The notes under the pieces are model-generated. The model did not search any database, was not told the DNA's origin, and worked only from the letters and a program-made list of their open reading frames with translations. 64,000 nt of DNA, from contig CAZEYS010000001.1 in NCBI GenBank assembly GCA_964516095.1, positions 13,095 through 77,094 on the forward strand, written 5' to 3'. The stretch is from an uncultured Aquificales bacterium (GTDB lineage: Bacteria > Aquificota > Aquificia > Aquificales > Hydrogenothermaceae). The translations under genes were made by a program, and so were the position numbers. This document shows positions 31,912-39,097 of this stretch, in pieces; position 1 is the stretch's first letter, and each line of letters starts with the position of its first letter.

Positions 31912-31940
31912 TTGATGTTTTTTAAATTCTTACGTATATT
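31912..31940 (+). promoter_or_regulatory. Sigma70-like promoter
   Basis: TTGATG - 17 nt - TATATT. Confidence 0.6.
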
Positions 31941-31949
31941 ATAAATATA

Positions 31950-32149
31950 AGCGATAACCAAGGTGAAAGTTTTCCTACGATAGAAGGTAGTAAGGGAGAA
32001 GGAAAACTCCCACCAAAAAACCGTAGGGTTGGAACGACCCGAGCTAAAGCCTGTGGAGAGGGTAAAACCTCTGTGAAGCAGGAAACTTCTCTGAAGTTGG
32101 CGAGCTTGCAAAGCGAGCAAGCTCCTCAATTTATTAGAGAGCAGTTCAC
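31950..32149 (+). mobile_element. IS200/IS605 (tnpB) right-end remnant / orphan omegaRNA-like scaffold
   Basis: GTAGGGTTGGAACGACCC...GCCTGTGGAG...GAAGCAGGAA...AGTTCAC; reads in one frame as a TnpB-type tail RVGTTRAKACGE..SVKQE..EQFT*; several GC-rich hairpins; no tnpA or tnpB body. Confidence 0.75.
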
Positions 32150-32197
32150 CTAATATTTACTCATATTTTTAGAAAATCGATAAAATGGAGGGTTATC

Positions 32198-32656
32198 ATG
32201 GATAAGGAAAAATTAGAAAAGTTTAGGCAACTTCTTCTACAAAAAAAACAAGAAATATTAAGTAGAGTTTTAGAGCAAGAAGATATAATAAGAAAATTTC
32301 AGGAAGAAAACCTTGAAATTCCTCAAGAAAGAGATGATTATGCACGAACAGATTTTTATGAACTTGTTTTAGATGAACTTGAAGAAGTAGAAATTGAAAT
32401 CCTTAGAGAAATAGATAAAGCTCTGCAAAGAATAGCTGACGGAACATACGGATACTGTGAAGTTTGTGGTCAACCAATAGAAGAAAAAAGATTAGAGGCA
32501 ATTCCTTGGACAACTCTTTGTATTAAGCATGCTCAAGAAGCTGAAAAGTATAAAGTTACTCCAGATAGAATATACGAAGATTATCTTCGTGAAAGTTTAA
32601 TACCTTATGACGAAGAATTAGAAAAAGATGTAAAAGAAGAAGGTTTAGACAAATAA
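32198..32656 (+). CDS. DksA/TraR family protein
   Basis: Coiled coil, ALQRIADGTYGYCEVCG..I..KRLEAIPWTTLCIKH. Confidence 0.9.
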   Translation: MDKEKLEKFRQLLLQKKQEILSRVLEQEDIIRKFQEENLEIPQERDDYARTDFYELVLDELEEVEIEILREIDKALQRIADGTYGYCEVCGQPIEEKRLEAIPWTTLCIKHAQEAEKYKVTPDRIYEDYLRESLIPYDEELEKDVKEEGLDK

Positions 32657-32675
32657 AATTGATGGAGATAGAAAA

Positions 32676-33893
32676 ATGGGTTTATCTCCTGTTGAAATAA
32701 AGGAGAAAATAAAAAAATATGCCCAAGAGTTATATCCAGAACTTGTAAACTGGAGAAGGCATATTCACATGCACCCTGAACTAAGTGGTGAAGAATATGA
32801 AACATCAAAATTTGTAGCAGAAAAATTAAGAGAATTTGGTGTTGATGAAGTGATAGAAAACTTTGCAGGAACAACGGCAGTAGTAGGTCTAATAAAAGGA
32901 AAGCATGATGTTACAGTAGCTTTAAGAGCTGATATGGATGCTTTACCAATGATGGAAAAAAGAGATGTACCTTATAAGTCTAAAAAAGACGGTGTAATGC
33001 ATTCGTGTGGGCATGATGCCCATACAACTATTTTACTCGGGGCTGCAAAAGTATTGATGGAAATGAAAGAACACTTACAGGGGAATGTAAAATTGATATT
33101 TCAGCCCTGTGAAGAAAGAATGGATTGCAAAGGGGCTAAATTTTTAATTGAAAATGGAGTGTTAGAAAATCCTAAAGTGTCTGCAATTTTTGGCATACAT
33201 ATGTTTCCAGAACTACCGATTGGTAAGGTCGGTACACGTATTGGTCATTTTATGGCATCTGCAGACATTTTTAAAGTAAAAATAAAAGGAAAAGGTTCCC
33301 ACGCTTCAAGACCTCATATGGGTATAGACCCAGTTTTGATAGCAGCTCAAACTATAAATGCAATGCATCATATAGTCAGCAGAAAAGTAGATCCACTTCA
33401 TCCAGCTGTAATTACCATAGGAAAAATAAATGGAGGTTTTGCAGAAAACATCATCCCTGATGAAGTAGAATTTTCAGGAACTGTAAGAACATTAAGCATA
33501 GATTTGAGAGACCAGATCCCTAAGTGGATAGAGCACACTATTTGGGGTACCACACTTGCTTATGGTGGAGCTTATGAATTTAAATACGAATATGGTAGTC
33601 CTCCAGTTATAAATGACGAAAAAACTACTAAATTTGCCCTTTCTATGATGAAAGATTTAATTGGTGAAGAAAATGTAGTAGAGCTTGAGTATCCAAGTAT
33701 GGGAGGAGAAGATTTTGGAGAGTATCTTCAGGTAGTACCTGGGACTTTTATACGATTAGGTATAAGAAATGAAGAAAAGGGTATCACTGCTCCACTCCAC
33801 AGTCCTCTGTTTGACATAGATGAAGAAGTGTTAAAAATTGGAACTATGATAATGGCATATTTAGCCTATAAATGGGTTGAAGAACACTCTTGA
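32676..33893 (+). CDS. M20D amidohydrolase
   Basis: RRHIHMHPELS, LRADMDALP, MHSCGHDAH, FQPCEE, GGEDF, HSP.F. Confidence 0.92.
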   Translation: MGLSPVEIKEKIKKYAQELYPELVNWRRHIHMHPELSGEEYETSKFVAEKLREFGVDEVIENFAGTTAVVGLIKGKHDVTVALRADMDALPMMEKRDVPYKSKKDGVMHSCGHDAHTTILLGAAKVLMEMKEHLQGNVKLIFQPCEERMDCKGAKFLIENGVLENPKVSAIFGIHMFPELPIGKVGTRIGHFMASADIFKVKIKGKGSHASRPHMGIDPVLIAAQTINAMHHIVSRKVDPLHPAVITIGKINGGFAENIIPDEVEFSGTVRTLSIDLRDQIPKWIEHTIWGTTLAYGGAYEFKYEYGSPPVINDEKTTKFALSMMKDLIGEENVVELEYPSMGGEDFGEYLQVVPGTFIRLGIRNEEKGITAPLHSPLFDIDEEVLKIGTMIMAYLAYKWVEEHS

Positions 33894-34129
33894 AAAATAT
33901 CTTCAATCTTCAAACTTTTTATTATTTTCTCACATACATGTGGTGGGTTTTTGATATCTACTTTTTTTCCTTCTTTTTTTAGCTTAAATATTAATTTAAG
34001 TGCTTCACTATCAACTATGCTGCATTTCGAAAGGTCAAAAACAACGTGTTTATAAGAGCTTAAATCTTTAAGTGAAGCGATATAAGCATAGTTAAAAGCC
34101 CAATCTGGTCTTAAAATTATTTTTTCCAT
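33866..34129 (-). CDS. STAS-domain protein (anti-sigma antagonist-like)
   Basis: VVFDLSKCSIVDSEAL matches the STAS DLS..xDS motif; start overlaps the upstream stop. Confidence 0.7.
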   Translation of the reverse strand: MEKIILRPDWAFNYAYIASLKDLSSYKHVVFDLSKCSIVDSEALKLIFKLKKEGKKVDIKNPPHVCEKIIKSLKIEDIFQECSSTHL

Positions 34130-35577
34130 TTTTTCATATCCTTAAATACAAATTTTTTCAACCTTTTAGCCATGTCTGAATAAACATGTATCCAGTCAGG
34201 TTGAAATTCTAAATCTATATATTGAAGTCTCAGATAGTCCTTTTCTTTATGAAAAAGCGGCATAATTCCTCCAAAGAAAAAGCCAATCTGGTTTAATTCA
34301 TCAGTTATATACTTCGTATAAGGTTTATCAAGAGGTAAGTCTATAAAGAAGGCCTTTATTCCTTTATCTTGCAGTGTGTCAAACTGTTTTTTTATTCTTT
34401 TTATAAAGTCTTTTCCGTATTCTCTCACTATAAAAAGGGAAAATCCTTTATCATAATCTATAATAGTATCTACTTTAGAGCCTTCTGAAAGAGAGAAATT
34501 TTTCACTCTTTTATTTTTTACTTTTATTCCCATATTTGCGTATATTTCTTTTATTATATTTTTATACCTTTCAGGTAGATACCCTTCTGCATTCTTCCTA
34601 TTAATCAAATGTAAAAAGTCAATAACTACAGAAATTCTTGGTTGCTTTACTTCAAAACCTTTATACTCAATATAAGGGAACATTCCTATTAAAAGGGCTG
34701 TAGATTTAAAACCAAATTTGGCGTTTACTTTTTGACTGATTGTATGAACAGTTACAGCCTCTCCAAAAAGACCTAAAAGTCCTTTCTCTTTTGCCATATT
34801 AATTAGTGCCTGCATCATAATGTTCATAAGACCTTTTCCTCTATGGTTAGGAGAAACCACAACTTCTCCAACTTCTCCTATTTTCGAGTCAGTGCTTTTT
34901 AAGACTGCAAAATATCCAACAGCTTCCCCTTCTTTGGTTCTTACTATTACTCCAAATTTCTTATTTTTTCTAAATGCTTCTTTTATCTTGTCTGGATAGT
35001 AAAGCTCATCTTTAGCATATGTGTATCCGTAGGCTCTGTATATAAGCTTGGCTATGTCTTCAGCGTCTTCTGGCCGAGCAACGTCAAGCTCGTAAATAAC
35101 GCCTTTAGGTTCTTCTTTTATTATCTCTTCTGGATTATAAATCTGGGTTATATGTTTTCGGGGTAATTTTTTTTCGAGTTGAAACTCTTTTCCCTCAAGA
35201 CCTAAGTTAAAAAATGTAAAATTATCACTTAGTTTTTTGGCTATTTCAAATCCTATTCCCTCAAAGTCTCCTTTTTTTATCTTTTCCTTAGAAAAAGTAT
35301 GTTTTTCAGGGTCAAATGGTTCACCTTTTTCTAAAATTTTTACAGTAATTTTTGTTCCATCATTATCCACAAGCAAATCAATATTTCCTTCTTCATCTTT
35401 ATAAGCGTGTAGTATTATATTTGTTAAAATTTCATCTACTGCAGTTGTGAACTCATCAGCTTGCTCTTTTTCAAGTCCGCTGGTCAAAAAATATTCATGT
35501 AAAAATCTAAGTGTTGGATTTAGATTTGTTAATCTACTTTTTAGAGTTATTTTAATTTCATCCATAATTTCTACCAA
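34117..35577 (-). CDS. RsbW-like HATPase fused to GNAT acetyltransferase domain(s)
   Basis: DEILTNIILHAY, KGEPFDP, EGIGF; acetyl-CoA motif VVSPNHRGKGL; SQKVN. Confidence 0.82.
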   Translation of the reverse strand: MVEIMDEIKITLKSRLTNLNPTLRFLHEYFLTSGLEKEQADEFTTAVDEILTNIILHAYKDEEGNIDLLVDNDGTKITVKILEKGEPFDPEKHTFSKEKIKKGDFEGIGFEIAKKLSDNFTFFNLGLEGKEFQLEKKLPRKHITQIYNPEEIIKEEPKGVIYELDVARPEDAEDIAKLIYRAYGYTYAKDELYYPDKIKEAFRKNKKFGVIVRTKEGEAVGYFAVLKSTDSKIGEVGEVVVSPNHRGKGLMNIMMQALINMAKEKGLLGLFGEAVTVHTISQKVNAKFGFKSTALLIGMFPYIEYKGFEVKQPRISVVIDFLHLINRKNAEGYLPERYKNIIKEIYANMGIKVKNKRVKNFSLSEGSKVDTIIDYDKGFSLFIVREYGKDFIKRIKKQFDTLQDKGIKAFFIDLPLDKPYTKYITDELNQIGFFFGGIMPLFHKEKDYLRLQYIDLEFQPDWIHVYSDMAKRLKKFVFKDMKKWKK

Positions 35578-35648
35578 ATCTAAAAATTTTTGTACTCAAC
35601 ACTATATAATATAGTGCCATAAATTAAAACTTTAAGGGTTAACAGCAA

Positions 35649-36095
35649 ATGAAAATTAAAATCGATTCTTTAGAAAACCTTGAAGAGTTTGCTAAAAAAT
35701 TTGTATCATGCTTAGAAGGTAATGAAGTTTTACTTTTATATGGAAACCTGGCAGCAGGAAAAACCACATTCACAAAATTTTTAGTAAAAGCATTAGAACC
35801 AAGTTTAGTTGACGAGGTCAACTCCCCTACATTTAATATAATGAATGTCTATGAAACCTCTAAATTTCCTATTTATCACATTGACCTTTATCGAGTAAAA
35901 GAATTTGATATTACCGATATCTTGAATACAGGCCTTATAATCGTAGAGTGGGCTGATTATATAGATGATAGAGATTTGGCAGATACCCCTGTTATACGTA
36001 TAAAATTTGATATAGTTGACGAAAATAAAAGAATTATTACTATAAATTCTACTGAAAGCAAGATTACAGAATGTTTAAAATCTTTTGGATTCTAA
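35649..36095 (+). CDS. tsaE: tRNA threonylcarbamoyladenosine biosynthesis ATPase
   Basis: GNLAAGKTTF, SPTF, HIDLYR, IVEWA. Confidence 0.93.
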   Translation: MKIKIDSLENLEEFAKKFVSCLEGNEVLLLYGNLAAGKTTFTKFLVKALEPSLVDEVNSPTFNIMNVYETSKFPIYHIDLYRVKEFDITDILNTGLIIVEWADYIDDRDLADTPVIRIKFDIVDENKRIITINSTESKITECLKSFGF

Positions 36096-37573
36096 TCTTA
36101 CTAATTTTCAGTGTAGGTGCAACTTTTGCACAAAAGGCATACTGTATAAAATTATTTGAGGATAATAAACTACCTAATATAAAAAAAATAAAGGATATTA
36201 GTATTCGCATGGGATTTGCTACAGGAAACTATAAAATTCTTTATAAAGATAAAAGTACCTTACTTATAGGCTATTTTAAAACTTTTAATTCTGTCATCCC
36301 TGTTTATAAAAAAGTAAGAAAATACTTCTATAAAACTTATATAACTACATGTGATGTAAATGATGATAAACTTAATAAAAAGGTTCTTGCACGCTCTAAA
36401 AACTTTAAAGACTTCATTGAATTTTATAGAAAACAGCTTCTATTTTTCGAAAGGATATTAAAAAACCAAAAGAAAATACAGTTCTACAATCCAAAATCAA
36501 CCACAAACACTGCTCTACTGAATATAAGAAATAAAATATATGATGTGTTATTTACAAGACCTGACTGGCAATTGTATTTTATAGGAAATCTATTTTATAA
36601 TTCACGAAAAACTCTTGGAGATGATATGTCTTATCCATATAAGTGGGGAGGTTCATTAGGTATAGAAATTCCCATTTTAGAAAACGATTTAAAGAAAAAT
36701 TCTCTAGAAAAAAGATATTACAAATTACTATCTGAGCTACAGAATTTAAGAATTTATACACCTTATGAAGATATACTATCGTTTTACAATAAACATAACT
36801 CTATATTAGATAGTAATTTAAATGCTATACAGTATCATCATTATATCTTTTTAAGATATATACAGGAATATATGAAAAAGCTATCTAAATTCGATAAGTA
36901 CTACAAAAGAACTCAAAAACTGGTACAATTAATGTCTTCTTACGAAAAGCCTTCTACAAAAGAAAATCTTGAACCGTATTTATTTAATATATGTAATGTT
37001 GATATTGATAAAATTCAACTTATCCTAAAACAGGAAAAACATAATTTGCTAACTGCAGCCAATAATATAAGTCTAAACGATTATTCAAGTTCAACTGATA
37101 TAGATTTAAGGTTAAAAATTACATTTAACTATAGAAAGGGAATCCAAAATTATAGTAATGATTATGTCAAAGGAGAAGTATCGTTTAGGATTCCAACGTT
37201 CAGTAAAAGTATAAGTAATAGGCAAATAGAAAAATTGAATTTAGAACTAGAAAGAATAAAAACTTTAAATAAAAATAGACAGTTTTTAATTCAAGTGGAA
37301 GATGAAATATCAAATTTGAAACAGTACTATTTCCTATATAAGAAACACGAGTTACTTTACAAAGTCAAGCTATTTGAAGTAAAAAAAGATTATTTTCTAT
37401 TGAAAATGGGAATAGGATATCCAGATTTTGAAAAAACGTTGAATCAGATAAATAGTATCTATAATGAGCTTGAGATGATGGCAATATATCAAGATAGACT
37501 AATTAAAAGCTTAAACAAGATATATATTTTCTTAAATAGTTTAAATAAAAAATTCCAAATACCATGTCGTTAA
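36071..37573 (+). CDS. Secreted TolC-like outer-membrane factor with possible N-terminal SPOR-like domain
   Basis: Signal peptide (TFA-Q); two repeats of paired beta-strands separated by long helices; leads an operon with a membrane-fusion protein. Confidence 0.5.
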   Translation: MFKIFWILILLIFSVGATFAQKAYCIKLFEDNKLPNIKKIKDISIRMGFATGNYKILYKDKSTLLIGYFKTFNSVIPVYKKVRKYFYKTYITTCDVNDDKLNKKVLARSKNFKDFIEFYRKQLLFFERILKNQKKIQFYNPKSTTNTALLNIRNKIYDVLFTRPDWQLYFIGNLFYNSRKTLGDDMSYPYKWGGSLGIEIPILENDLKKNSLEKRYYKLLSELQNLRIYTPYEDILSFYNKHNSILDSNLNAIQYHHYIFLRYIQEYMKKLSKFDKYYKRTQKLVQLMSSYEKPSTKENLEPYLFNICNVDIDKIQLILKQEKHNLLTAANNISLNDYSSSTDIDLRLKITFNYRKGIQNYSNDYVKGEVSFRIPTFSKSISNRQIEKLNLELERIKTLNKNRQFLIQVEDEISNLKQYYFLYKKHELLYKVKLFEVKKDYFLLKMGIGYPDFEKTLNQINSIYNELEMMAIYQDRLIKSLNKIYIFLNSLNKKFQIPCR

Positions 37574-37579
37574 TGAACC

Positions 37580-39097
37580 ATGGATATTGAAAGAAATTAT
37601 GCAAGGAAATCTTATAGGTTAAAAATCCCAGCCAAAATAATAATAAATGGGAATGAATACCAAGTTGTAGATTGGTCTTTTTTAGGATTTAGAATAAAAA
37701 AAGATGGTCTGGATATAAAGAAGGGAGAAAAGATTGATGTTGAATTTGAACTTCCATTTGCCGGTTTTGAAGTAAAATTTAAAGCCAAAGCTATATGTAG
37801 ATGGTGTAACCAAGAAGAAGCTGGATTTGAGTTTATCAATCTGCCTGATGAGACAAAACTCCTAATGAGACAGTATGTAGAAGCATATATAGAAGGTAGA
37901 TTAACTTCTTCAAATAATGAATTCTTAACTTTAGCCGAAGGAATTGAACTACCTGTTGAGACTGAACCTACTTTAAGCAAGAAAGAAAAAGATTTATTAG
38001 ATAAGAAACTCATACGCAATACTATTTTAATAATTATAGCCTTTATAATATTAGGAATTATAGGTTTTATCTTCTATAAGAATTTACCTGTTGTTTATAG
38101 TGTAGAAGCTTTTATTAGTGGTACTACCATAAATATAGTATCTCCAGAAAATGGGACTATAGAACAGATACCTGTCCATGCAGGAGATATGGTTTCAAAA
38201 GGAGATGTTTTATTTAAAATACGAAATAAAGAAATGTATTTAGAATACGAAGGATTACAAAAATCTCTCTCCTTAAAAGAAGAAGCATTGAGCAAGCTTA
38301 AAGATCAATTTTCAAAAATCAGTGTGTCTAATACGAAAAACAATGATATGGAACTAAAGTTAATTAATAAGCAGATAGCAATACTCACTAATACGTTGAA
38401 TAAGAAATTAAAGGAACTTGAACTCTTGAAAAAAGCTTATGATTTATATTTAATAAAAAAAGAGTATATAGAAAAATTGGAAAATGAAATAAATAACTTA
38501 AAAATCCAAATACTTCAGCTAAAAAAAGAAAAATCTCAGCTTGAAAATGACAAAAAATCAAAACTATTACAATATCAACTACGTACAAATCTGCTTTATA
38601 AAATTGCTTCTTTAAAAAGTGAAATTAGAGAAATTAAAAATAAGTTAGATATCCTCAGACATAATTTAGAGAAATTAACTGTTATTTCCGATGGAAATGG
38701 ATATATTTTTTCTGTGTATAAAAAACAAGGAGAAACTGTAAAAAAATATGAGCCAGTTCTAGTATTTAGTAACACTAAAGAAAACCCATACGTAATAGCA
38801 AGATTAAAATTAAAAGATGCAGAAAAAGTCAAAATAGGAGATAAGGCCGAAGTATTTATTCCATCATTAAAAAAAGTATACTATGGAAAAGTTGTTGCTA
38901 TAGGAAAGCAGTCCTTAGCTTCTGAAAGTGTTGTAAGTGAAACAGAAAGTTATGCTTTAAATGATGTTCCTGTAAAAATAAAAATAGAGAATGCTGACAA
39001 AAACTTATATGCCGGTCTATATGCTGAAGTAAAAATTAAAACTCAAAGCAGATACGTATTCATACTGGATTTTATATCCAAGTTATTAGGACATTAA
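37580..39097 (+). CDS. Alg44-like protein: PilZ + TM + membrane-fusion (HlyD-like) domain
   Basis: PilZ motifs RKSYR (RxxxR) and DWSFLG (DxSxxG); one TM; lipoyl-like half motifs flanking a coiled coil. Confidence 0.85.
   Translation: MDIERNYARKSYRLKIPAKIIINGNEYQVVDWSFLGFRIKKDGLDIKKGEKIDVEFELPFAGFEVKFKAKAICRWCNQEEAGFEFINLPDETKLLMRQYVEAYIEGRLTSSNNEFLTLAEGIELPVETEPTLSKKEKDLLDKKLIRNTILIIIAFIILGIIGFIFYKNLPVVYSVEAFISGTTINIVSPENGTIEQIPVHAGDMVSKGDVLFKIRNKEMYLEYEGLQKSLSLKEEALSKLKDQFSKISVSNTKNNDMELKLINKQIAILTNTLNKKLKELELLKKAYDLYLIKKEYIEKLENEINNLKIQILQLKKEKSQLENDKKSKLLQYQLRTNLLYKIASLKSEIREIKNKLDILRHNLEKLTVISDGNGYIFSVYKKQGETVKKYEPVLVFSNTKENPYVIARLKLKDAEKVKIGDKAEVFIPSLKKVYYGKVVAIGKQSLASESVVSETESYALNDVPVKIKIENADKNLYAGLYAEVKIKTQSRYVFILDFISKLLGH

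Noticed and set aside
31912-31916. TTGAT as an ISDra2-type target motif marking the left junction
   Set aside because: A 5-mer in AT-rich DNA that doubles as the -35; not diagnostic without a second copy or empty site
31821-32129. 102-aa minus-strand ORF
   Set aside because: Antisense reading of the IS right-end/omegaRNA-like element; no SD
31950-32149. 6S RNA, RNase P RNA, SRP RNA or known riboswitch as the identity of the structured block
   Set aside because: Their hallmark motifs or long single-rod fold are not visible, and tnpB-tail signatures fit better; an Rfam search is still needed
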